In this document: positions 9,357 to 18,740 of the stretch, in pieces
Layout of the letters: the number at the start of each line of letters is the position of its first letter
How positions within the stretch are numbered: position 1 is the stretch's first letter
Assembly: GCA_963663965.2 (NCBI GenBank)
Contig: CAXXFK010000041.1
Location: 32,001-96,000 of the forward strand
Length of the DNA: 64,000 nucleotides
Reading direction: 5' to 3'
Source of the DNA: Sedimentisphaerales bacterium
GTDB taxonomy: Bacteria > Planctomycetota > Phycisphaerae > Sedimentisphaerales > SM23-30
Made by a program: the position numbers and the translations under genes
The notes under the pieces: model-generated
What the model saw: the letters and a program-made list of their open reading frames with translations, nothing else
Told to the model about the DNA's origin: nothing
The model's database searches: none

Positions 9357-11263
9357 TGAAAACTTCAACAAAAATCGATCTGAATGTCATAAAAAAAGAA
9401 TATGCTGAGTTCAAGACTAATCTCTCCCGCAGAATTGTAATCTGCACGGGAACCGGATGTGTTGCCAATGGCTCAATCAAAGTTCGTGATGCTTTCGCCA
9501 GGCAGATTATCGATCGGGGATTGCCGATTTCAGTCTACGAAAAACGAGAGAACGAAAACTCTTCACATGCGGTTCTGGTATCGGGGAGTGGTTGTCAGGG
9601 ATTTTGCCAGATGGGGCCTTTGGTGACAATTGAGCCGGATGGCATCCTTTATTGCAAAGTACAGGAATCGGATGTGGCTGAAATAGTCGAACACACTTTG
9701 ATTGGCCACCAAACCATAGAACGTCTGCTTTACCACGATCCCAATCAAAAAACGGTTTGTAAAGGCGCGGCGGAGATACCGTTTTATGCCAAACAACAAC
9801 GAACCGTATTACGCGATTGTGGTATTATTGATCCCGGTAATATCGCTGAGTATATCTATCTGGATGGTTATACCGCAGCAGAAAAGGCGTATAGTATGAT
9901 GACTTCCAAGGATGTCTGTGATACGATTGCCCGTTCCGGCATGCGTGGCCGAGGGGGAGGGGGATTTCCAACCGGTCGAAAATGGGAGCTGACACGAGTT
10001 CAACTAGGTCCGAAAAAGTATGTGATTTGCAATGGTGATGAAGGGGATCCCGGCGCTTTTATGGATCGCTCTGTGATGGAGGGTAATCCACATAGTGTGA
10101 TTGAAGGAATGATGATTGCGGCTCGTGCCGTTGGTGCGGATGAAGGCTATGTTTATGTCAGGGCAGAATATCCACTCGCCGTTCGTCGTGTTCGCCAGGC
10201 AGTTGAAGACGCATTGCGTCTGGGCATACTGGGGAATAATATTTTTGGTTCGGGCATGGCCTTTAACCTACATGTCATGGAAGGGGCTGGCGCCTTTGTC
10301 TGTGGAGAGGAAACGGCGTTGATCGCGTCAATTGAAGGCAAACGTGGTATGCCAAATCCCAAACCTCCTTTTCCGGCGCAAAGTGGATTGTGGAGCAAAC
10401 CAACGGTTATTAATAATGTAGAAACATTGGCTTCGATTCCTTTAATCATCAGAAAAGGACCGGAACAATATTGTCAGGTGGGTACTCAGGGCTCCCCGGG
10501 AACAAAAACCTTTGCCCTGACCGGACATGTTGTCAATACCGGTCTGATCGAGGTACCGCTAGGAACACCATTGCGGGAAATCATATATGACATTGGCGGG
10601 GGGGTAACGGATGATTTTGGCAATCCGATTGATGAACCATTTAAAGCGGTACAGATCGGCGGACCATCCGGAGGATGTCTGACTCAGGATCATCTGGATC
10701 TGCCATTGGATTTCGATTCGCTTTGTTCCGTTGGCGCAATGGTTGGTTCCGGTGGTCTGGTAGTGATGAACCAGAATACTTGCATGGTAAAAATCGCTCA
10801 TTTCTTTATGCAGTTTACCCAGAATGAATCTTGTGGAAAATGCGTTTTATGCCGCGAAGGTACTCGGCAAATGCTTCGGTTGCTGGAAGATATTATGGAA
10901 GGAAGAGCGGATGAGAACACGCTGAAACTGCTGGAGCAACTGGCTGGTGTCGTTGGGAAAGGTTCCTTGTGCGGATTAGGAAAAACGGCGCCAAGTCCGG
11001 TTTTATCGACATTACGCTATTTTCGTGATGAATATGAGGCGCATGTTTACCAAAAACGTTGTCCATCCGATCAATGCCAGGCGCTTCGACGTCCTGAAAT
11101 AATTGCGGCTTTATGTAAAGGATGTACAGCGTGTATGCGAAAATGTCCGGTGGGCGCGATCAGTGGTAAGCCACGAGAAGTACATGTTTTAGATGCGGAG
11201 AAATGCATAAAATGTGGCGCTTGTGCGGCGGCATGTAAATTTGAAGCAATTAAAGGAGTCTGA
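9356..11263 (+). CDS. hydB: [FeFe]-hydrogenase beta subunit (NuoF-like, FMN/NAD-binding)
   Basis: GRGGGGFPTGRKW, CNGDEGDPGAFMDR, GAGAFVCGEETAL, ESCGKCVLCREG, C-terminal 2x[4Fe-4S] ferredoxin. Confidence 0.95.
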   Translation: MKTSTKIDLNVIKKEYAEFKTNLSRRIVICTGTGCVANGSIKVRDAFARQIIDRGLPISVYEKRENENSSHAVLVSGSGCQGFCQMGPLVTIEPDGILYCKVQESDVAEIVEHTLIGHQTIERLLYHDPNQKTVCKGAAEIPFYAKQQRTVLRDCGIIDPGNIAEYIYLDGYTAAEKAYSMMTSKDVCDTIARSGMRGRGGGGFPTGRKWELTRVQLGPKKYVICNGDEGDPGAFMDRSVMEGNPHSVIEGMMIAARAVGADEGYVYVRAEYPLAVRRVRQAVEDALRLGILGNNIFGSGMAFNLHVMEGAGAFVCGEETALIASIEGKRGMPNPKPPFPAQSGLWSKPTVINNVETLASIPLIIRKGPEQYCQVGTQGSPGTKTFALTGHVVNTGLIEVPLGTPLREIIYDIGGGVTDDFGNPIDEPFKAVQIGGPSGGCLTQDHLDLPLDFDSLCSVGAMVGSGGLVVMNQNTCMVKIAHFFMQFTQNESCGKCVLCREGTRQMLRLLEDIMEGRADENTLKLLEQLAGVVGKGSLCGLGKTAPSPVLSTLRYFRDEYEAHVYQKRCPSDQCQALRRPEIIAALCKGCTACMRKCPVGAISGKPREVHVLDAEKCIKCGACAAACKFEAIKGV

Positions 11264-11264
11264 T

Positions 11265-13304
11265 ATGATTCAGAATGCAAATAACAATACCGTGACGGTG
11301 AATGGCAAAGAAATAACGATTGGCGATGAGCCCAATCTGCTGGAATTGATTCGTAAGGCCCATATCGATTTGCCAACATTTTGCTATCATAGTGAATTGA
11401 GTGTCTATGGCGCCTGTCGGTTATGTATGGTGGATATCAAAGGGCGTGGATTGGTAACCTCTTGTTCCACGCGACCCGAACCCGGCATGGTCATTAAGAC
11501 TCATACCGAAGAATTGCGTGAAATGCGTAAGATTATCATTGAGTTGCTGCTGGCCAATCATGATAATTCCTGCCCAACCTGTCCCAAAAACCGTTCCTGT
11601 CAACTGCAAAGTCTTGCCGCTCGATTGGGAATTAACGAAATACGCTATGGACGAACGCATCAGCCTGCACCTGTGGATGAAAGCACCGTAGCGCTGGTAC
11701 GCGATCCTAACAAGTGCGTACAGTGCGGTGATTGTGTACGTTTCTGCCATGAAGTACAGGGTATCGGTGCCATCGACTTTGCCTATCGTGGAGCCGGAGT
11801 ATCCGTAATGCCGGCTTTTGGAAAAGAACTGAATCAGGTGGAATGTGTCTATTGTGGTCAGTGTGCGCGCGTATGTCCAACTGGCGCGATAACTGTGAAA
11901 ACAGAAAAAGATCCGGTGTGGTCTGCAATTAACAGCTCTGACATAATGGTTGTCGCACAAATCGCTCCGGCAGTACGCGTGGCGTTAGCGGAACATTTTG
12001 GCTTGGAGCCGGGAACGGTTGCGACCGGTCAGATCGTTGCCGCAATGAAACAGATAGGTTTTGATAAAATTTATGACACTTCATTTGCCGCTGATTTGAC
12101 GGTAATTGAGGAAGGTGCCGAATTTATCAAGCGATTTGTTTCTGGTGAGACTCTGCCCCAATTTACATCCTGCTGTCCAGCCTGGGTCAAATATGCCGAA
12201 CAGTATTATCCCAGTCTGCTCAATCATTTATCCAGTTGTCGTAGTCCCCAGCAGATGTTTGGTTCTCTGGCACGTGAAATACTACCAGGAATGCTGAAAA
12301 TTGAACCGGAACAATTAACAATCGTTTCGATCATGCCTTGTTCTGCCAAAAAATATGAAGCACGACGGGAAGAATTCAAACGAGATAACCGGCAGGATGT
12401 TGATTATGTGTTGACGACCCAGGAACTGGCCGAAATGATAGAATCGGCCGGTATCGATTTTACTCAATTAGAGCCTGAATCGCTGGATATGCCCATGGGC
12501 TTTAAGACCGGAGCCGGAGTCATCTTCGGAACCAGTGGTGGTGTTAGCGAAGCGGTTTTGCGATATGCGGTGGAACAGGTAAACCAGGTAAAACTGGATG
12601 CTTGTGATTTTCGTGAAGTACGTGGTGAAGAAAACATGCGTGAAGCCCGTATTATGCTGGGCGGCAAAGAACTTAGAATTGCCATTGTTCATGGCCTGAA
12701 AGAAGCAGGCAAGTTGGCCGAACGCGTTACCAGAGGGGATTGTCCTTATCATCTGGTCGAGGTCATGAGTTGCCCGGATGGATGCGTGGGAGGGGCCGGT
12801 CAGCCAGTCCCCAAAAACCGCTCTGTTCGTCAAAAACGCACACGTGGCCTGTATGATACCGATAAAATGATGCAGGTGCATAAGAGCCAGGATAATCCCA
12901 TGATTCGTAAAGTCTATGAAGAGACTCTGGGGGAAGCCGGCAGCCATAAAGCGCATAAATTATTGCACACCCACTATCAGTCGCGTCGACGAATTGAAGG
13001 TGAGACACTGGATGTAATCACCGGAAGCCAGAACCAAACGTTAAATGTCAGTGTTTGTGTTGGCACCAGCTGTCATGTTCGAGGTTCCCAGTCGATTCTG
13101 AGGCGTTTGATCGACTATGTCGAGTCAAATGGTTTGTGCGATCGTGTGCAGGTTGAAGCAACGTTTTGCCTTGAACGGTGCGGTCAAGGTCCCAATATCA
13201 TGATTGGCGATACGATTATTGAGCACTGTACCCCCGAAAAAGCCATTGAATCCCTGCAATTACGGCTTAAAGAGCATGGTGTAGTCTCTATCCAAAGCAG
13301 TTAA
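11265..13304 (+). CDS. hydA: [FeFe]-hydrogenase catalytic subunit (group A3) with C-terminal thioredoxin-like 2Fe-2S domain
   Basis: H-cluster motifs FTSCCPAW, SIMPCSAKKYE, EVMSCPDGCVGGAGQP; N-terminal Fe-S domains; C-terminal CVGTSC...CLERC. Confidence 0.96.
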   Translation: MIQNANNNTVTVNGKEITIGDEPNLLELIRKAHIDLPTFCYHSELSVYGACRLCMVDIKGRGLVTSCSTRPEPGMVIKTHTEELREMRKIIIELLLANHDNSCPTCPKNRSCQLQSLAARLGINEIRYGRTHQPAPVDESTVALVRDPNKCVQCGDCVRFCHEVQGIGAIDFAYRGAGVSVMPAFGKELNQVECVYCGQCARVCPTGAITVKTEKDPVWSAINSSDIMVVAQIAPAVRVALAEHFGLEPGTVATGQIVAAMKQIGFDKIYDTSFAADLTVIEEGAEFIKRFVSGETLPQFTSCCPAWVKYAEQYYPSLLNHLSSCRSPQQMFGSLAREILPGMLKIEPEQLTIVSIMPCSAKKYEARREEFKRDNRQDVDYVLTTQELAEMIESAGIDFTQLEPESLDMPMGFKTGAGVIFGTSGGVSEAVLRYAVEQVNQVKLDACDFREVRGEENMREARIMLGGKELRIAIVHGLKEAGKLAERVTRGDCPYHLVEVMSCPDGCVGGAGQPVPKNRSVRQKRTRGLYDTDKMMQVHKSQDNPMIRKVYEETLGEAGSHKAHKLLHTHYQSRRRIEGETLDVITGSQNQTLNVSVCVGTSCHVRGSQSILRRLIDYVESNGLCDRVQVEATFCLERCGQGPNIMIGDTIIEHCTPEKAIESLQLRLKEHGVVSIQSS

Positions 13305-13323
13305 TTAATTCTATTTGTTGATT

Positions 13324-15084
13324 ATGAAAGAATTACAGTCAGACAGTTTGGTGATAACCAGTCAGGCTCAATGCCGCGACTGCTATCGATGCTTGCGAGT
13401 GTGTCCTGTCAAGGCGATTCGCCTCAAAGAAGGACAGGCCTCCGTTGATGACCAACTCTGTATTGGCTGTGGTACCTGCATTCGTGAATGCCCTCAACAC
13501 GCCAAACAATATCGTCGAGATTTAGACAAAGTCATCGAAATGATTCGTCAAGGGGAAAAAGTGGCTGTATCAATTGCCCCATCAATGGCTGTCGTCTGGT
13601 CAGATTGGCGCGTCGGCCGTCTGGCTTCAGCATTGCGGCGATGCGGATTCCAGTTTATTGCAGAAACAGCCTATGGCGCCAGTCTGGCTGCCCGGCTTAC
13701 TCAAGATTATTTTGACGATCATTCGCCACAAGGCGATATTATGGCGGCTTGTCCGGCGGTCGTTACGTATATCGAAAAATACTTTCCGGAAATGACTGAC
13801 CGGTTATTACCAATACCTTCGCCCATGATTGTCCATGGCCGTTTTTTAAAAGATTATCTTGGTCCGGACTGGAAAGTGGTCTTTATTGGTCCCTGTGTGG
13901 CTAAAAAAGCGGAAGCCGGGCGTTCTGAATATGCCGGAGTAATTGATGCGGTAATCACTTTTGAAGAACTACAGGATTGGTTAAATCAGGAAGGAATCGA
14001 TCTGAAAAACTGTGAAGAAAGCCCATTTGATCAGCAGGTACCGGGCCCGAGCCGCAATTATCCCTTGCCGGGCGGCGCACTGGCCAGCGCCCTGTTACCT
14101 TCAGACTTGTTGTCATCCAATCATATTGCCATTAGTGGCGGAGATGCACTGAATGAAGCGCTGGTGGCATTGAAAGATCAAGCGTTGCCGGTTTTGCTGG
14201 AACCCCTGTTTTGCCAACATGGTTGTATTGATGGTCCCGCGTTAGGAACTGAAGATAATCTGCTGGTACGCCGTGCGCGTTTGCTGGATTATACTCAGTC
14301 AAAACATGAAGAAAGTTCCTTACCAGATAATTATCATAAATACGAATCAGTTGCCTATCATTCACAAAATCATGACCAACCACAGATTACCGAAGATCAA
14401 ATTCGTGCCATTCTGGAACAAACCGGTAAAATCCGTCCTGAAGACCAATTAAACTGTGGCGCTTGCGGTTATAGCAGTTGTCGAGAAAATGCGATAGCCG
14501 TTATCCGCGGGATGGCTGAGATTGAAATGTGTATGCCCTATATGAGGCGAATGGCTGAACGGAGGACCGACCGGATCATCGAAACGAGTCCCAACGGTAT
14601 CATCATCCTGGATCACGATCTGAAAGTGATCAGTATGAATCCATCGTTTCAAACTATGTTCATGTGTTCCGGTTCATTCCTGGGACGCCAGATCGCAGAA
14701 TTGATCGATCCTGAGCCATTTGAACGACTGGTGGCGGGTGAAGAGATTGTCGAATCCATTCAAAAGTATGAATCGTATCGATTGATTTGTCAACAGATTT
14801 GTTACGCGTTGCGGGAAGAACGGCAATACGTCGGTATATTCGTGAATATAACTTCCAGTCAACTGAATCAGAAGAAACTGGACAGTTTACGCGCCCAGAC
14901 CATTCTACAGGCACAGGATTTATTAAAGCATCAAATTGAAATGGCACGTCAAATCGCGGGCTTCCTGGGAGAAAGCACCGCCCAGGGAGAGCAATTGGTT
15001 GAAAACCTGATGAAACTGGCCCAGGATGAACCATCGCGTCATGAACGGAAAGCGTCATTATGGGATATCTACACTTCGAAGTAA
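13324..15084 (+). CDS. Sensory [FeFe]-hydrogenase (group C, HydS/HfsB-like) with PAS domain
   Basis: Divergent H-cluster motifs MAACPAV, FIGPCVAKKAE, LFCQHGCIDGP; NCGACGY..C Fe-S; PAS segment IIETSPNGIIILD...MNPSF. Confidence 0.9.
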   Translation: MKELQSDSLVITSQAQCRDCYRCLRVCPVKAIRLKEGQASVDDQLCIGCGTCIRECPQHAKQYRRDLDKVIEMIRQGEKVAVSIAPSMAVVWSDWRVGRLASALRRCGFQFIAETAYGASLAARLTQDYFDDHSPQGDIMAACPAVVTYIEKYFPEMTDRLLPIPSPMIVHGRFLKDYLGPDWKVVFIGPCVAKKAEAGRSEYAGVIDAVITFEELQDWLNQEGIDLKNCEESPFDQQVPGPSRNYPLPGGALASALLPSDLLSSNHIAISGGDALNEALVALKDQALPVLLEPLFCQHGCIDGPALGTEDNLLVRRARLLDYTQSKHEESSLPDNYHKYESVAYHSQNHDQPQITEDQIRAILEQTGKIRPEDQLNCGACGYSSCRENAIAVIRGMAEIEMCMPYMRRMAERRTDRIIETSPNGIIILDHDLKVISMNPSFQTMFMCSGSFLGRQIAELIDPEPFERLVAGEEIVESIQKYESYRLICQQICYALREERQYVGIFVNITSSQLNQKKLDSLRAQTILQAQDLLKHQIEMARQIAGFLGESTAQGEQLVENLMKLAQDEPSRHERKASLWDIYTSK

Positions 15085-16208
15085 CCGCGCGTCAACGCAA
15101 TAAAGGGCACGGCCTGGTCTGTGGTGATGTCTGGTCCGAACGGAGGACTCCCTTTGCGACAACGGTTATATGTGCCGATGGTATCGGTTCGGGAACCAAG
15201 GCTCATATTGCCGCGACCTTGTGTGTGAGCCGGCTGGATAACTTATTGAATAGCCAGATGTCATTACGGGAGGCCTTTATCCGGGTGGTCCGGACAATGA
15301 ATCAATGGCGGTCCCCACAGGAACCTTATACCGCATTTAGTGTCGCGCGCGCGTTGAATGATGGCCGATGCACGATTTTGAGTTACGACGCTCCCGGCGC
15401 CACCTTGTTGAAAGGGCGGGAGTGGTCTATAATACCCAGACGTGAATTATATGTTGAACAGGTTCAGGTGTTTGAATCGGTATGTCATCTTTCGCCAGGA
15501 GATGGATTGCTTCTGGTCAGTGACGGCATTACCCAAGCCGGATTGGGGTGTGGATTGAAACAGGGCTGGGAGGAATCGGGAGTTCGACAGTTTTCCATGA
15601 ACTGGGTACGAACCGGTCACAAGATGACGGGATTGCCGGATGCCATTATGGAGGAAACGGATCGTATAGCCAACTATGATGTTCGCGATGATCGTACTGT
15701 GTTGCTTTTACGGTGTCGGCGGGGGACGGTGGTTAATATTATGACCGGTCCACCGGGGCAACCGGGACATGACAAGAAGGTTGTTGAACAGTTTTTAAGA
15801 CAGGGCGGCCTGACAGTCGTTTGTGGCGCGACAACGGCTAAAATTGTCGCTCAGTATCTGAATCAGAAATTGACAATTCCTGCCAATGAAGATTCCATGG
15901 TTGCGCCGCCGCGTTACGAGATTAATGGTATTGATCTGGTAACCGAGGGTGCTGTCACATTAAATCAGCTGTACCATATCCTTGACGCCGATCCATCCGA
16001 TCTGCGGGAAATCAATGGGGTAACCGAATTATTCTATCTGGTGCAGGCGGCCGATCGTATTAATCTGACCGTTGGTTTAAGCGCCAATCCAGCCAATCAT
16101 GATATTTCATTTCGACAGCGCGGGCTGATTCCCAGGGATCAGATTATCCGGTTATTGATCGAAAAGTTTAAGAAAATGGGGAAAATGGTTTATGTAAAAT
16201 ATGAGTAA
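15060..16208 (+). CDS. SpoIIE/PP2C-type serine phosphatase (HfsC-like)
   Basis: VCGD, ADGIGSG, LVSDGITQAG, RDDRTV, VVCGATTA, LVTEG; overlaps the sensory hydrogenase gene. Confidence 0.9.
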   Translation: MGYLHFEVTARQRNKGHGLVCGDVWSERRTPFATTVICADGIGSGTKAHIAATLCVSRLDNLLNSQMSLREAFIRVVRTMNQWRSPQEPYTAFSVARALNDGRCTILSYDAPGATLLKGREWSIIPRRELYVEQVQVFESVCHLSPGDGLLLVSDGITQAGLGCGLKQGWEESGVRQFSMNWVRTGHKMTGLPDAIMEETDRIANYDVRDDRTVLLLRCRRGTVVNIMTGPPGQPGHDKKVVEQFLRQGGLTVVCGATTAKIVAQYLNQKLTIPANEDSMVAPPRYEINGIDLVTEGAVTLNQLYHILDADPSDLREINGVTELFYLVQAADRINLTVGLSANPANHDISFRQRGLIPRDQIIRLLIEKFKKMGKMVYVKYE

Positions 16209-16236
16209 CTAATTGATATAAAATGGATTATGTAGG

Positions 16237-18516
16237 CTATTGGTTTTTGTTGGATAGTTCTTCTATGGCATGGGCCAGTAAGGCCCGGTGGTTTTCTATT
16301 TGGGCCGGATCCAGGGTAAAATGGGTTAGATCCGCGGTTACTGATTCTGGTACTTCCAGCAAAGATGCGTATTGTTGATAACGGGCAGGAGAAATCTGGC
16401 TCTTACGTTCGGCCAGTAACTTTTTCAACATGGAAAAATATTCATAGTCTTCGATGCCATCACGCAGCATTTCCCAGCGTATCGAATCGACCGGGCCGTC
16501 CAGCACCGGTCCGGTCGGATTGGCGTTGGCGGCGGATTCGGGTGGATAGATAAAGCGGCCATCGCCATTTCCCCAGGGACGTTTTATTCCGGAAGGCGTG
16601 CTATAACCGCTGACCCAGCCCATGGGATCTTCATAAGGATTTTGCGGTGTATCGGGATAAGCCGCAGAGCTGGTCCAATAGTTGGTTTCCCAGATCAGGA
16701 TTCCTTCGATTTGGCGTTGCCAGGTCTGCCAGAGCCAGACTCTCAATTCGGTACCCGGATGGTCAATAAATAGTGTGCAATAGGGCGCCTTGGGACCGGT
16801 ACAAATATACCACCAGAACCGATCTCCAGCCTTAAGACGCTGGGAGGCGCGTTCCGGGTCAAACAGATTCGATATGACACAATAAATGTTGGGGCCACCG
16901 TATAGCGCCGGTTCGGGTTGTTCCGTCAGCATGCGGTCTATGCCGGGACAGGCTGCTTTTAAGCGGTCAAAACCGGCTTTAACAAATGGATATTGATCCG
17001 GATCCGGCTCATCGAACCAGTAAATAAAGGCTTCATCGAGCCATCCGTTTTCTTTCAGGTGCTGCTCAATCTGGCGGGCGTATGAATTGAACAATATCGG
17101 ATATTCCGGGGTATCCAGGCCGAAGCCTAACAGAGAAGGCTGAAACAATTCGTGAAACGTACCACCGCCAGTTCCGGGAATATGCAGTTGAAAGGTGTTG
17201 AAATGGTAATGATCGATCGCGCGTTTCATGGCGATATCCCATTGGGCGAAATCGATTCTGGGTGTGAGTTTATCAGGTGGACAGACGAGTTCTTCGCGAT
17301 GTTCAGGTTCGAAATCTCCCATTGAGATGTATTCATCCCCGGTAACAGCATTTTTGAGAGACAGTTCGTCGATCCAGACTAATCCGAGTAATTCGCCTTC
17401 ATCAGTCCAGCGGGCCGCGCGTAAATAAAGACGCACCGATTCAGCGTTGGCTGGAAAATTTTTAATCAATTGGTCGAACTGCTGCCATTTGCCATTGCCC
17501 TTGATGACGAGGTCGTTGTTGTGGCCGGAAATCCAATTGCCATTCTGGTCAAAATGATTCAAGGTGATCAGAAAACGATGGTCCGGCAGGGCGGTTCGGT
17601 ACCAGAAGGATAAACGCAGACCCTGGGCAGGGATCATTATCTGAGGTTGAAATGCCGTAGTTACATTTAACTGGTTATTGTCATCATAGAGCAGGGCGGA
17701 ACTCACTCCGGAATGGGATTCATTATCGACTAACCGAAGATTGTCCCAGTCTTTATACCGGGAAGCGGGGGGCTTGACATCCGGCCAGGTTACTTGAATG
17801 GGATCGAGAGGCGCCGGATTATAAGGGGATATGTGGTGGCCGGCAAAAGACTGTAGATATTTATCGAGCACCGCCCGTTTATCGTCTGATTTATCCAGTT
17901 TGTGATATCTGAAGACGTTGTTGGGCGAAAAGCCAAATGCCGATTTACAGGTCATCCGGTCTGGCAGCGTGAAATCAAAAACCTGGATACGTAACGGTAT
18001 CGGATAGGTTTTGTTTGTTGTCTTTACAAGAATCTTGACATCATAGGTACCAGCCGGCACCTGTCTGGGGGTCGAGACTCTGATCCAGAAGGGGGAGTTA
18101 CGGTTTGCCGCAAGAGACAGTGGTTCTCGAATTGGGGGTAATGGATCCGGCCAGTCGCCGGGTTGAGTACTGCCATCGGTTGCTATTGCGGTTGTTACAA
18201 AACGTACCCGCAAGAGTTCCACGAAATTGTAATTCATTGGTGATTTGATCTCAAATCTTACATCGGAAAGATCGAGTTTGGGTGTAATAATCAGTTGTAC
18301 TGCTTCGCTTTCATTACGCGCCAGAGAAATTGACATGTTTTCTGTTGTTTGGGTTGGCAGGGGGCTGTCGGGTTTTATTTTCCAACCTGAAGAAGCCCAC
18401 CATAAGGTGGCCTGAGCATCTGATTGAGGCAGAGTCTTTCCAACCGGAATACTTTGGGCCAGAAGGGGAGTTACAATGATCATTAATACAGAGAGCGCTT
18501 TCCTGATTCTGAACAT
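16237..18516 (-). CDS. Secreted DUF4091/GH123-like glycoside hydrolase with internal CBM-like insert
   Basis: Signal peptide; ARNESEAVQL, WPDPL, YWFDEP, WWYIC, GDGRFIYP, SIRWEMLRDGIEDYEY. Confidence 0.75.
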   Translation of the reverse strand: MFRIRKALSVLMIIVTPLLAQSIPVGKTLPQSDAQATLWWASSGWKIKPDSPLPTQTTENMSISLARNESEAVQLIITPKLDLSDVRFEIKSPMNYNFVELLRVRFVTTAIATDGSTQPGDWPDPLPPIREPLSLAANRNSPFWIRVSTPRQVPAGTYDVKILVKTTNKTYPIPLRIQVFDFTLPDRMTCKSAFGFSPNNVFRYHKLDKSDDKRAVLDKYLQSFAGHHISPYNPAPLDPIQVTWPDVKPPASRYKDWDNLRLVDNESHSGVSSALLYDDNNQLNVTTAFQPQIMIPAQGLRLSFWYRTALPDHRFLITLNHFDQNGNWISGHNNDLVIKGNGKWQQFDQLIKNFPANAESVRLYLRAARWTDEGELLGLVWIDELSLKNAVTGDEYISMGDFEPEHREELVCPPDKLTPRIDFAQWDIAMKRAIDHYHFNTFQLHIPGTGGGTFHELFQPSLLGFGLDTPEYPILFNSYARQIEQHLKENGWLDEAFIYWFDEPDPDQYPFVKAGFDRLKAACPGIDRMLTEQPEPALYGGPNIYCVISNLFDPERASQRLKAGDRFWWYICTGPKAPYCTLFIDHPGTELRVWLWQTWQRQIEGILIWETNYWTSSAAYPDTPQNPYEDPMGWVSGYSTPSGIKRPWGNGDGRFIYPPESAANANPTGPVLDGPVDSIRWEMLRDGIEDYEYFSMLKKLLAERKSQISPARYQQYASLLEVPESVTADLTHFTLDPAQIENHRALLAHAIEELSNKNQ

Positions 18517-18740
18517 AACAGGTATCCTTTCAAGTTGAAAACACCGCAGGCAAACTTATTATTACAAACACATAAGATAGTATTGTTTCGTAGAGGTTAA
18601 TTGTCGATATCATAAAACCTGGGCGCAAACTCTGCGGACGGAGGTATATTTATCGTCCATCCGTGAGTAAACAGGCCGAGATGCAGGTCTTCAGGGTACT
18701 CTTAATCATTGATACTCGAAAGCGATCAAACATCAACACA

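Noticed and set aside
8853..13304. Respiratory complex I nuoEFG
   Set aside because: The third subunit has all three H-cluster motifs, and no membrane nuo genes are present
18517..18740. c-di-GMP riboswitch suggested by GGCAAAC
   Set aside because: Downstream GAAA loop and GACGCAAAGC elements are missing, and the motif is on the strand opposite the flanking genes
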